In this document: positions 18,508 to 28,070 of the stretch, piece by piece
Numbering within the stretch: position 1 is the first letter of the stretch
Layout of the letters: the number at the start of each line of letters is the position of its first letter
Origin: a virus
Taxonomy: Duplodnaviria; Heunggongvirae; Uroviricota; Caudoviricetes
Length of the DNA stretch: 64,000 nucleotides
Virus record (IMG/VR): IMGVR_UViG_3300022660_000042
Strand: one strand, 5' to 3'
Notes under the pieces: generated by a model
Seen by the model: the letters and a program-made list of their open reading frames with translations, nothing else
What the model was told of the DNA's origin: nothing
The model's database searches: none
Translations under genes and position numbers: made by a program

Positions 18508-19674
18508 TTACTGTCCGTTCACAAGACGAGTAAAGAAATCATCCTGGTCTTCAGCTTCTTCGAACGGACCGTTAGATCCGAGCGGAGCGGAAGTTGCCGG
18601 TGCAGGAGTAGACGGAGCAGCCGCCGGCTTTGCACTAAACATCATACTGTCATCAGATTCGACTGTAATGGCCGGTTCAGTCTTCTTGGTTTCAAGAACA
18701 GTACCGGTAAACATTTCGTCATCTTCAGTCTGAACCTTACTTGCAGGCTTTGCAGCCGGAGCGGAGCTGACTTCGATATTGTCGAGTTCAGAAGCGAGGT
18801 CGATACCGCACTTGCTATTGACACGTTCAATAACCTGCTGGAAGGTCCAAAGCTTTTCAACCTTACGCGGAAGGTTAGCCAAAGTATAAAGCTTGGATTC
18901 GATAACTGCAATTTCTTCAGCGGTCAAACCAATCTTCTTGTTGTACGGAGTACCATTGGCCATAACTGCAGGTTCAATACGGCAGATACGGATCGGCTTG
19001 GTGAAGTTGGAATTGGAATAATCCGGACCATTGGAACCCGGTTCAGCCTGCCAAACGAAGTTAGCACCCGGACGAGCCTGCTTGGAAATTACTTCAGGAT
19101 CATTCGGTCCATAGTAGGAATACGGATTAATCGGCGGAATCGGTTCGCCAGTTTCATCATCGACTGCATCGGTAGTATTGACGCACTTATCGATAAGATC
19201 CTTAATCTGCTTACCGTACTTGAAGCGGAATACCTGGCCCTGAGTTTCAGGAGCGTTTTCGTTTTCGATAATCAAAATGTTACAGATGTACTGAGGACGA
19301 GCGGTAGCGAGCTTGTGCTTGGAATAGCCCTTGTCTTCGTTCTTGTACTTTTCATACATCTTCTGGTTGTATTCACAAACCGGGCAACGAAGAGACTTAC
19401 CTTCTGCATCCTTGAACTGCTTGCGACACGGAACGGAATAAGACTTACCGTTGGTCTGCTTGAGCCAGTGATCGCGAGATTCTTCGACGAATGCTGTATC
19501 TTCGGCTTCTACAGGCGGGAGGAAGCGGAGGGTAATCTTGAACTTACCTTCCTTGTTGTACGTTGGCTTGAAAAGTCCCTCGATTTCGGTGAAGCTCTGC
19601 TTTTCACCTGTACCGAAATTATCGCTCTTCTGATATGACGCGATGAGACTATCAAGATTCTTTCTAATTGGCAT
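18508..19674 (-). CDS. gp32: single-stranded DNA-binding protein (T4 gp32-like)
   Basis: LRFLP, CPVCE, VFRFKYGKQIKD, acidic tail DDFF. Confidence 0.9.
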   Translation of the reverse strand: MPIRKNLDSLIASYQKSDNFGTGEKQSFTEIEGLFKPTYNKEGKFKITLRFLPPVEAEDTAFVEESRDHWLKQTNGKSYSVPCRKQFKDAEGKSLRCPVCEYNQKMYEKYKNEDKGYSKHKLATARPQYICNILIIENENAPETQGQVFRFKYGKQIKDLIDKCVNTTDAVDDETGEPIPPINPYSYYGPNDPEVISKQARPGANFVWQAEPGSNGPDYSNSNFTKPIRICRIEPAVMANGTPYNKKIGLTAEEIAVIESKLYTLANLPRKVEKLWTFQQVIERVNSKCGIDLASELDNIEVSSAPAAKPASKVQTEDDEMFTGTVLETKKTEPAITVESDDSMMFSAKPAAAPSTPAPATSAPLGSNGPFEEAEDQDDFFTRLVNGQ

Positions 19675-20290
19675 TGTTTACCTCATTCTTAAATTTTAAA
19701 ATCAATTTAGACACCGTTATAAATCTCTTATACTCAATGTCCTTGACCTTTTGAATATCGACTTCGAACTTCTTGGCCTCAAGACCTTTGATGAAGAACA
19801 CCGGGCTAATCTTATGTTCTTGACACAGATAGTAGGCGTTATTCTTGTATTCGTTATCTAATCCAAATAGTGTAAAATGTTTATCTGAAAATTCATTAAG
19901 ACCAGAATTCTTTTCTTTAACTAGATTGTTAATAAAGTTAGTCTGCTCTATAATTTCATTTCTGTTCGTAAATATAGCAAATTTTTGCAGGCATGATGCC
20001 CTGTTACAGTCCTTTAATTCTGGAAATTTCCCTTCTATTAAGGCTTTTATGAGAACTTCCATTGCCCATGTCTGAATGGTCATGACACCGCAACGGAATT
20101 CGTTGGCCAGGTTAATAGCATAGTTGGACATGTACTGGACATGGTTATTGTCTGCTATGAATTCAGAGATGAGGAGATCTTCCGTGTTGGTCTCGAGAAG
20201 ATCACGCACTGTGGAAGTATTAAATCTCTTCATGCCCCAAATTTTCTTAAGACGCTTATAAAGCGAATAAATTTGAAATTTATCGTACAT
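19664..20290 (-). CDS. hypothetical protein; possibly gp59-like helicase loader (by synteny only)
   Basis: immediately upstream of gp32; FQIYSLYKRLK N-terminus. Confidence 0.35.
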   Translation of the reverse strand: MYDKFQIYSLYKRLKKIWGMKRFNTSTVRDLLETNTEDLLISEFIADNNHVQYMSNYAINLANEFRCGVMTIQTWAMEVLIKALIEGKFPELKDCNRASCLQKFAIFTNRNEIIEQTNFINNLVKEKNSGLNEFSDKHFTLFGLDNEYKNNAYYLCQEHKISPVFFIKGLEAKKFEVDIQKVKDIEYKRFITVSKLILKFKNEVNNAN

Positions 20291-20688
20291 TAGCTAAAGA
20301 ACTCGCTTAAGTCGTTTCTTTTATTAAGTTTATATTTTTCTTTAAGACCATTCATGAGAGAATAGTAATTCATTTCGTCAAGACACTTGATGGCCGGAGT
20401 TGGTTCGAGCCAGTCATCTACGAGGAATCCAACACTATCAATAATCTTGATTTTGTTTTCCTTGTGGAGCTTATATAATATGTTGTTGAACTTATTATAT
20501 TCGGCTGATTCGTTCTTGAGAACTTTATTAAGGAATTTCGGCAAACGGGTTTCTTCGTCTATATCGTCGAAATCAATTCCCTGAGTCTTAAAGAATTTAT
20601 ATAGCTGTTCCTTCGTTTCGAATACTTCTGTACCGTCGTTACACTCAAGCGAACCATCACATGCTTTGTATTCTATATCTTCATCCAT
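20290..20688 (-). CDS. hypothetical protein; possibly gp33-like (by synteny only)
   Basis: GGAG RBS before ATG 20688; 132 aa between the helicase and the gp59-like gene. Confidence 0.3.
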   Translation of the reverse strand: MDEDIEYKACDGSLECNDGTEVFETKEQLYKFFKTQGIDFDDIDEETRLPKFLNKVLKNESAEYNKFNNILYKLHKENKIKIIDSVGFLVDDWLEPTPAIKCLDEMNYYSLMNGLKEKYKLNKRNDLSEFFS

Positions 20689-20698
20689 AAAAACTCCA

Positions 20699-22051
20699 TT
20701 AAGTAAAATCGTTAAAGTCAACTTCATTAGTTGCAGATGTATCAGGTATTTCCGCGGCAGGTTCCATGATGTCATGTGCCGTTGTCTGTTCACTGTAGCT
20801 GAGATCCTGAAGTCTTTGTTTTTCAATATCAACACCAATCGTTGTTACAGTAGGACCGTTAATACCATAACGAGTCTTAACCAATGCAACCTTGTACATA
20901 CCGCCAGCCTTTAATTCAGGCGGTTGCGTAATAGCGAAAATGGCGTCAGCCTTGGTAACCTGGTCGAACGAACTTGCAACGTCATCAAGCCCGATCTCTG
21001 CGGAACCGTAACCGCCACGGTTTACCTGTGCACCAGTAAGTAACGGGAAGTGGTACGTAGTCGCAATAGCACGCATCTGCATAGCAACAAGCATGAGACG
21101 CGTATTGTCATTCATGTCCTTACCAGGTTTGCCGTTAGGAACCATACAACCGATATAGTCCACGATAACGACTTCAGGTACGAACTTGTTCTTCTCCTTG
21201 AGTTCCTTGATGTATGCGTTAATCATCATAGGGTTGGTGGAGAATTCAGGGTAATGACGAATCATCAACTTACCGTTCATGCAGCGCTGCTTCATCATAT
21301 TGAATCGCTTCATGAACGCTTCCTTTGTCATTGTCTTAAGTTCTGTCTGCGTAAGATCCATTAAGTTCTGGGCGATACGCTGATAGATTTTAAGTTCGGA
21401 ATCTTCCATCGTAATATAAAGGACTCGCTTGTTCATTAGCAACAGGCTTGCTGCTACTGAACAGAATGAAAGAGTCTTACCAACGTTGGTAGGTGCGAGA
21501 AAGATAGTCATTGAGTCTTCATGTAGACCGCCACCGATCATATCATCCATGGTCTTGACACCCATTGGATAAATCTTTTCGTTGGCAACAATGCCTTCAT
21601 AAAGGAAATTCGGATTCTCAAGGAAGTCAATACCTAAATTGGTATCGAATGAAAAAGACTCTGCTGTGGCCATGTCATCAGCAAAGCTTGTATTCTTTAA
21701 ACCTGTCCTTGCGTATTCTTGAGCACCATCAGTGACAATCTTAACAAGGCGGCGTCTCACGAATTCTTCAATAACGTTAATGGTGAAATCGGTAGTTACC
21801 TGTTCGTCAGGGATCGCCATACAGGTTTCGAATTCCGCGACGCTTCGCGGATCTGTTAAGAGCATTTTCATCTCTATTGCATTGGGGCGTTCACCGTAAT
21901 CACCGCGATACTTCATGATAGCGCGGGCAATATACTTATGGTCAGGATCGAAAAACCATGTATCGTTTAAAACCGGAATGACTTTAGATGCTATGCTTGG
22001 ATTTGCATAAATTGCTTTAATAATTATCTGTTCAAATTCTCTATCTGTCAT
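20699..22051 (-). CDS. gp41: replicative DnaB-like helicase (T4 gp41-like)
   Basis: APTNVGKT, ITMEDSE, IVDYIG, GAQVNR, KTRYG. Confidence 0.93.
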   Translation of the reverse strand: MTDREFEQIIIKAIYANPSIASKVIPVLNDTWFFDPDHKYIARAIMKYRGDYGERPNAIEMKMLLTDPRSVAEFETCMAIPDEQVTTDFTINVIEEFVRRRLVKIVTDGAQEYARTGLKNTSFADDMATAESFSFDTNLGIDFLENPNFLYEGIVANEKIYPMGVKTMDDMIGGGLHEDSMTIFLAPTNVGKTLSFCSVAASLLLMNKRVLYITMEDSELKIYQRIAQNLMDLTQTELKTMTKEAFMKRFNMMKQRCMNGKLMIRHYPEFSTNPMMINAYIKELKEKNKFVPEVVIVDYIGCMVPNGKPGKDMNDNTRLMLVAMQMRAIATTYHFPLLTGAQVNRGGYGSAEIGLDDVASSFDQVTKADAIFAITQPPELKAGGMYKVALVKTRYGINGPTVTTIGVDIEKQRLQDLSYSEQTTAHDIMEPAAEIPDTSATNEVDFNDFT

Positions 22052-22126
22052 TGTAGAATTAAATATAGAAAAAGAGCATCGCGGTGATGCTCTTTATATA
22101 TAGAAAAATCTGAACTTTGGTAAATT

Positions 22127-23716
22127 TTAGAATGCACCGAAGGCAAGTTCCTTCCAGTTCGGAAGATTTGCATAACGGAATTTATAAACATTCTGGAAAA
22201 GTCGGAAGGAAATTCGCTGACCAGCAACGCGAGGATCCTTGAGGAAGGTATCGGAGCTGATGTAGTTGAAGACTTCCTGCTTGAGTTCAGGATTGGTAAT
22301 GTCACGGCCACGGGTATCAAATACTTCAACATGCGGGAGCATTGTCTGAATTCGAAGGATCACGTCCTTAGCGAGCAAGTTGATGTCCACGCTTGCGCAA
22401 CGGCCAATCACTGCACCACCCGGGTCACGGGCTGCAATTTCCTGCTTATCCAGGTTAGAGATGAAAATGCATGCACCCTTGAACTGGAAGTAATTCGGAG
22501 TTCCAACCTTTCCCTTATGCTGTGCAGACCAAGCGGCAAGGCGTTCTTCGATTTCTTCATGAGTTTCACAACCGAACGTATCAACCATGTCAGCACCCTT
22601 GGTGTTCCAGCTGATTTCACGAACCTTACCGGAATCAAGTGCGCCTTTAAGAATATTAATACCGTCTGCCGTATCGAATACAGAGTCACAGTCATCGAAC
22701 ACAACAATCTTGTCGTAATTGTCGTAGAGGAACTTGAACATAGCAGAGTTGCTTGTCTTACCCTTCATGATAACGTAATCCTTACCCTTAGTACCATAGG
22801 CAGAAAGAATTCGGTTAACGTTATAAGACTTACCGACACCGCCCTGACCGGTAATCAATAAAGCCGGAGTAATACCACGGGCAACCATGACCACATAAGA
22901 ATTAAGCTTTTCGAACACCGGGAACGGATCGGCAATAAGAGTCTGTGCTAGCTCGTCGTCATTCTTAACTGCAGAAGGATCCGGAGCAACTTCTTCCTTG
23001 GAACCAGGGATTTCGACAGTATCGATAGTACCAGATTCTTCGGTTTCTTCACATTCTTCCGGATAGGAATCCTGGAGTTCAGCGCGAGTTTCCTTGGTAG
23101 CGACAGCAGGAAGCTTGTCAGCTTTCTGTTTCTTAACCATGGAAGCGCAGGCTTTTTTGATGAACGCAAGATTCGGCTTGACACACTGATCAGCAATATA
23201 AGAGATTACGTCTTCGCTGTCCATGTCGAAGGAATATACGAGCTTACGGACAGCTTCGAGCAAATCATATTCTGCCGTACCATCCGGAAGGATAATAACC
23301 GTGCGACGGTCACTTGAGATGTGGCCGTTGACTTCTTCATCTACAGAATTATCCATCTTGTTGAGCATCGGTAATATCCCGCTGATAGTTTTACGTTCAC
23401 GTTTTACTCGGTTCGTAATAACCAGTTCTTTATCTGGTGTCTTATCGAAGCCGAATTTTTCCCACTTGCTGAATGAGAAAGGCTTTCCATCCTTGAAGTT
23501 CATTCGCAAGCCTGAAGTACCAGAGATAAACAGAGGGCCAATAAAAGTTCCGAACTTGTTACGGAATTTCTGGGTATCTACGTAGACATACGTTTTATCA
23601 TTAGTCTTGTCGTAGAGATCCATGAAACTCTTCGCGAAAGCAATCGGTTCAATCGGTGTGTCTTTCTCTTTCGTAGCTTCAGTTAATAATATAGCAAATA
23701 GTCCCATCTTTGTCAA
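22127..23716 (-). CDS. AAA+ ATPase with long N-terminal region
   Basis: ITGQGGVGKS Walker A, VVFDDCD Walker B. Confidence 0.8.
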   Translation of the reverse strand: MTKMGLFAILLTEATKEKDTPIEPIAFAKSFMDLYDKTNDKTYVYVDTQKFRNKFGTFIGPLFISGTSGLRMNFKDGKPFSFSKWEKFGFDKTPDKELVITNRVKRERKTISGILPMLNKMDNSVDEEVNGHISSDRRTVIILPDGTAEYDLLEAVRKLVYSFDMDSEDVISYIADQCVKPNLAFIKKACASMVKKQKADKLPAVATKETRAELQDSYPEECEETEESGTIDTVEIPGSKEEVAPDPSAVKNDDELAQTLIADPFPVFEKLNSYVVMVARGITPALLITGQGGVGKSYNVNRILSAYGTKGKDYVIMKGKTSNSAMFKFLYDNYDKIVVFDDCDSVFDTADGINILKGALDSGKVREISWNTKGADMVDTFGCETHEEIEERLAAWSAQHKGKVGTPNYFQFKGACIFISNLDKQEIAARDPGGAVIGRCASVDINLLAKDVILRIQTMLPHVEVFDTRGRDITNPELKQEVFNYISSDTFLKDPRVAGQRISFRLFQNVYKFRYANLPNWKELAFGAF

Positions 23717-23720
23717 CCTC

Positions 23721-24242
23721 TTAAAAGTGCATTTTATGTATTTCCATATATTTCGTTATATACAGTCTTGCCATGCGCTTGATAAAATTCTGCATCTGCA
23801 CACAGTTAATCCTGCTGTTACCGCAATAGTCCTTGGGGTTTTCTTTTATATATTCAAGGAAATCATCTGCGCCACGATCCTTAATCTGATTCAGGAATAC
23901 GAGCCTGCATGCCGTGGTATTCGGCGTGGAAAAGATCTTTACCCTGCTGTAACGTACTGGATTGAACAATGCATCGTATGTAATCTTGAACGCAGTATCT
24001 AAGTCATCGGCATAATCCTTTTTCCTTTTCTCTATATAAGAAGCCGGAGCAACACTGTCGCGCTGCTTCTTATCGTTGAATTCCTGAACAATGTCCGGGC
24101 GATGCCATTCGCACTTGCGGATAATCTCGTTATAGTACTCATAAGCCGGTAACGTGTTGTAATGTTCCGGGTCTATTTCGAGTTCGCTGTACATGCGATC
24201 GCCAAGTTTAGACTGTATAAAAGATACTAATTCGTCGTTCAT
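23721..24242 (-). CDS. hypothetical late protein
   Basis: TATAAATA at 24253-24260. Confidence 0.7.
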   Translation of the reverse strand: MNDELVSFIQSKLGDRMYSELEIDPEHYNTLPAYEYYNEIIRKCEWHRPDIVQEFNDKKQRDSVAPASYIEKRKKDYADDLDTAFKITYDALFNPVRYSRVKIFSTPNTTACRLVFLNQIKDRGADDFLEYIKENPKDYCGNSRINCVQMQNFIKRMARLYITKYMEIHKMHF

Positions 24243-24298
24243 AATGTTATTATATTTATAAAATAAAAACCCTCGGTGTTCCCGAGGGCCGTTAAAAT

Positions 24299-25126
24299 CT
24301 ACTCTAGCGGAAACTCGTCCCGCGGAATCTTCTTCTTCAATCGCCTCAACGCCTTGTTCTTTATCTGTCGCACTCTTTCCCTTGAATAACCCGTAAGATC
24401 GCCGACATCTCCCAATGTATAATCCTTACCGTTAGTGCCGAAGAATAAATTCAGAATATCATTTTCTTTTGTCGTTGTATTGGTCAGTACATACTGCTTG
24501 AGTAACTTGTTACGGTTGGTAACCAAATACTTCTGCTGTGCGTTGGACTTCTGGTCTGGTACAATATCATTCAGCGTATGATCTGTTTCCATGTTCATCC
24601 CGTGTTCACGCATCGTCACCGGTGTTTCCAATGAAATCGGTTCGAACGTATTCTGGATAAGTTTCATCGTATCGAGTTCCGCCTTGTTCTTTACCAAGTC
24701 TTCAAGCGGTAACCCTGTCTCACGCATATTACGCTGGAGTTCGAAGTAACGGTACTGCTGGTTGGACGGGATATGAATGAGTCGGCTCTTGCCGATAATG
24801 AATGCCAGCATGCTTTGACGAATCCACCATACCGCGTATGAAATGAACCTGATGTTACGCGAGGCATCGTATGTATTGATTGCATGGTACATGCCGGCCA
24901 TGCCTTCGTTAACAAGATCTGCAAGACTGTAGTTTTTGCCGGTATATTTCTTAGCACATGAGACAACGAATAATAAATGACTGTTAGCTATCTTCTTGAC
25001 AGCTGCTTGTCTGACGAGTTTATCCTTTGTTGACTTGATAATCGAAAAACATGCCGCCTCTTCTTTATCTGTCATATGGCGGGTGTTTCGAATATCTCTC
25101 ATGAACTGTTCAAATAGATATTCCAT
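24299..25126 (-). CDS. sigma70-family RNA polymerase sigma factor (regions 1.2-4)
   Basis: LADLVNEG, RFISYAVWWIRQ, TLGDVG...SRERVRQIKNKALRRL. Confidence 0.93.
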   Translation of the reverse strand: MEYLFEQFMRDIRNTRHMTDKEEAACFSIIKSTKDKLVRQAAVKKIANSHLLFVVSCAKKYTGKNYSLADLVNEGMAGMYHAINTYDASRNIRFISYAVWWIRQSMLAFIIGKSRLIHIPSNQQYRYFELQRNMRETGLPLEDLVKNKAELDTMKLIQNTFEPISLETPVTMREHGMNMETDHTLNDIVPDQKSNAQQKYLVTNRNKLLKQYVLTNTTTKENDILNLFFGTNGKDYTLGDVGDLTGYSRERVRQIKNKALRRLKKKIPRDEFPLE

Positions 25127-25128
25127 AA

Positions 25129-25263
25129 TTATTTCTCCGGCTTTCGCTTCTGTCTTTTTACGTGAAGCTTATTACGGACAGGAAGAACACAGCTGGTTGT
25201 ATGTGTCACAAACAGGTTAAATATTGTTTTGCTATGCTCTTCTGTCCATAAACTTTTAATCAT
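25129..25263 (-). CDS. 44-aa leaderless ORF preceding the sigma gene
   Basis: TTTACA-N17-TATATT-N7-ATG; stop 2 nt before the sigma ATG. Confidence 0.5.
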   Translation of the reverse strand: MIKSLWTEEHSKTIFNLFVTHTTSCVLPVRNKLHVKRQKRKPEK

Positions 25264-25314
25264 ATTTTTCAATATAGCATACGTTTTTTGTTTTGTAAAC
25301 CCCTTTGGCCATAT

Positions 25315-25408
25315 AAAAAACCCCATGTGACCGAAATCACATGGGGCCAAACCAACTACTCATCGTAGCAAAGGAGTCGTAACAATATGGCAAACAATCA
25401 CGACCTTT
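25315..25408 (-). ncRNA. candidate ~94-nt small RNA
   Basis: own TTTACG-N17-TATATT promoter, two hairpins, then a strong terminator; no sense ORF with RBS. Confidence 0.5.
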
Positions 25409-25458
25409 ATAATATAGCAAATAATTTTTCTTTCGTAAACCCCCCGGAGGCAAAAAAA

Positions 25459-26307
25459 TTATACTGCTACAGGGAACTTAATAGCCGGATGACTCTGGTA
25501 ATCTTTCAATTCGAAATCGGTATACTTCCAGTCCCAGATAGTCCAGTTAGGATCGTCCGTGTTAAGGATCTCTACTGACGGAGGTGTCATAGGCTCGCGA
25601 GTCAACTGTTCCCTCACACCATCAAGCTGGTTGACATAGATGTGGGAATCCGCGAAGAAACCGATAACCTTGCCAGGCTTCATCTTTACCTGCTTGCAGA
25701 TCAACGTGAGCAACATGGCATAAGATGCCAGGTCATATGGAACTCCGAGAGGAAAATCAGAACTACGCTGATTCCAGAGCAAATCAACGTAACCGTCATT
25801 AGACAGTAACTGGAAACAGTAGTGACAAGGAGGCAATGCCATTTCACCTAACTGCTGTGGGTTCCAGGCGGAGACCAACATACGTCTATCGGTAGGATTG
25901 GTCTGTAACGTGTGAATCACATTCTTCAACTGGTTGATGCCTGAATCGTTGAAGTTGTTCCACTGGTAACCGTAGATTTTACCCAGGTCGTTTTCAGCGG
26001 CCATCTTCTTTTTGGTTTCTTCATCATTACCGTAAGGAACCTTAGCCGGGTTGGCCCACTCGTCCCAGATATGGCAGTTACGTTCCTTGAGGAATTCCTT
26101 ATTGGCGATGCCCTTGATGAACATCTCCAGTTCGGCGCATATATTCTTCAGTCCCATTTTCTTCGTGGTTAACAAAGGGAACTTTCCTGTAGACATATCG
26201 AATTCAATCATTGAACCCGAGATTGACAAAGTGTCCACACCTGTACGGTTATGTTTAATCTTTCCTTCCTTAAGAATTCTATCAAGTATGTCAAGATACT
26301 GTTTCAT
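25459..26307 (-). CDS. thyA: thymidylate synthase
   Basis: NRTGV, PLLTTKK, MALPPCH, QRSSD, GVPYD, HIYVN. Confidence 0.97.
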   Translation of the reverse strand: MKQYLDILDRILKEGKIKHNRTGVDTLSISGSMIEFDMSTGKFPLLTTKKMGLKNICAELEMFIKGIANKEFLKERNCHIWDEWANPAKVPYGNDEETKKKMAAENDLGKIYGYQWNNFNDSGINQLKNVIHTLQTNPTDRRMLVSAWNPQQLGEMALPPCHYCFQLLSNDGYVDLLWNQRSSDFPLGVPYDLASYAMLLTLICKQVKMKPGKVIGFFADSHIYVNQLDGVREQLTREPMTPPSVEILNTDDPNWTIWDWKYTDFELKDYQSHPAIKFPVAV

Positions 26308-26308
26308 G

Positions 26309-26824
26309 TTATTTCTCCATATGCTTGATTAGTGCGTCAATGAATCTCTGCGCGATAACGTCATGTGATGCGTAGTGATCGCCATCATTGACCTTAATCA
26401 TAAGTTTGTTTAATTTCGATTCCTGGAACTTCTTGATGAAGTCCTCTTGTTCTTCCTGTCTACGGCTGAAGTCATGGGACTGACCGTCATCCTGCATGAT
26501 ATTGAAATCCGTAGTATAGAGAAGGATGAAGATCGTGTTATACAGTTCGTCCCTGTATGAATCTTCCATGATGCGTACGTAGTTAGGACTGTAATCCCTG
26601 TAACGTGGCGCATAGATGAGTTCGTCCCAATGCCCGCGGTTAAATACCACGTTGTTCTGGTAAGCCAGCGTCATGAAGTAATCCAGGTACTGAGACTTGG
26701 ACCAGATAAGAGGATCCTTATCCTTAGGAGGCTTGTCCAGATGAATCTGCTTATAGCCTTTCAATACGTTATCAATAAAGGTATTCTTTCCAATGCGGTC
26801 GATTCCAGTAACTACGAAATTCAT
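26309..26824 (-). CDS. dNMP/thymidylate kinase-like P-loop protein
   Basis: GIDRIGKNT; FNRGHWDE..Y. Confidence 0.7.
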   Translation of the reverse strand: MNFVVTGIDRIGKNTFIDNVLKGYKQIHLDKPPKDKDPLIWSKSQYLDYFMTLAYQNNVVFNRGHWDELIYAPRYRDYSPNYVRIMEDSYRDELYNTIFILLYTTDFNIMQDDGQSHDFSRRQEEQEDFIKKFQESKLNKLMIKVNDGDHYASHDVIAQRFIDALIKHMEK

Positions 26825-27864
26825 TAAGACTGCTCCTTGTAACTGTTATACAATTCAGTAAAGCTTGCATACAGTTCATCTTTGTTCAACGGTGTATCAT
26901 GTTGTTCAAGGTATGTCTTAAACAATGACATGATATTATTAAGTGTCTCGCCCGACAGTTCAACTTCCTCTGTGGTGTCGTCCGCGGGCAGGATATTGAT
27001 ATTGACTGGATATGCCGGTTTCAATTTCTCAAGCTTATCCACGAGCGAATAGATCTTCTTCGTCTGGTCAGAGAGTTCAAAAGGTATCTCCAGGTCAACA
27101 ACATTACCCGCGATGACAGACAGGTCTACGTCCGGGAAGGTATGCTTGGTGAACTTAATGGACTGCGTATTCTCGTGTAACACGTCTTCGTTGGTGTCCA
27201 GGTCAAGTATGTGGTAACCCTTGGTGTCTCCGCGGTCTATTCTAGTAAGCTGGTATGGCGAACCGAGATATGTAATGGACTTGTTCTTCTCGTACTTCCT
27301 GGTATAGCCGTTATGGTAATGACCCGAATAGACATGATCTATATGGTCGAGGAGTGTAGAAGCCATGAGACCCGAATCCGAAAGACGACCGCCCATGTTG
27401 AAACCGATAATATCAGCGTGGCAGAAGCAATACTCGTGATGCCCGGGTACTATCTCCTCGAACTTGGAGTAGTCAGTAATCCAGGGAAGCATAAGTATGT
27501 TATGTCCGTCCAGTGTAATTTCCGTGGGCTTTTCATACACGGTAACGTGAGGCATCAGGTCAAGAACCTTCAGGCTGTTTACCTCTGTGGTAGTAGTCAT
27601 GTACATGTCGTGGTTACCTACTATAACATGTATGTCAAAATCCTTCAGCGTATTCTTGAACAGATCGATGACCACGTTATCTGTCTGAACGTTAACTGCC
27701 TGGCGAGTGTCGAAGACGTCGCCAAGTATGAATAGCTTGGTAATACCTGCAGCCTTGAGCTCAGGAACCAGTTGGTCAGTAAAAAACTTTAATTGTGAAC
27801 GCTGGAAGATAGAATCTGATTTTTTAATTCCAGCATGCAAGTCTGCTATCAATGCTATTTTCAT
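26824..27864 (-). CDS. gp47: recombination nuclease subunit (Mre11/SbcD; T4 gp47-like)
   Basis: ADLH, LGDVFD, VGNHD, SGHYH, YLGSP. Confidence 0.93.
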   Translation of the reverse strand: MKIALIADLHAGIKKSDSIFQRSQLKFFTDQLVPELKAAGITKLFILGDVFDTRQAVNVQTDNVVIDLFKNTLKDFDIHVIVGNHDMYMTTTTEVNSLKVLDLMPHVTVYEKPTEITLDGHNILMLPWITDYSKFEEIVPGHHEYCFCHADIIGFNMGGRLSDSGLMASTLLDHIDHVYSGHYHNGYTRKYEKNKSITYLGSPYQLTRIDRGDTKGYHILDLDTNEDVLHENTQSIKFTKHTFPDVDLSVIAGNVVDLEIPFELSDQTKKIYSLVDKLEKLKPAYPVNINILPADDTTEEVELSGETLNNIMSLFKTYLEQHDTPLNKDELYASFTELYNSYKEQS

Positions 27865-28070
27865 ATACGATGTAAATGTAGTAAAATATTTGCGATGGTC
27901 TTATATAGTATATGTTAAACTTCTGAATATTTACAATCTACTAACGATCTACTAACAATGTGAATAATAATGGCTCCCAATTTATTACGGGAAATATATA
28001 TGCCGAAGAAAGTAGCATATATTCTAGTTCAATAAATTCGGTGCCATTTTCTTAAATTTTCTGAATTTTC

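Noticed and set aside
25387-25578. Plus-strand ORF MANNHDL... with a good SD (possible type I toxin)
   Set aside because: No plus-strand promoter seen, not hydrophobic, overlaps the thyA 3' end antisense; better explained as the complement of the candidate sRNA
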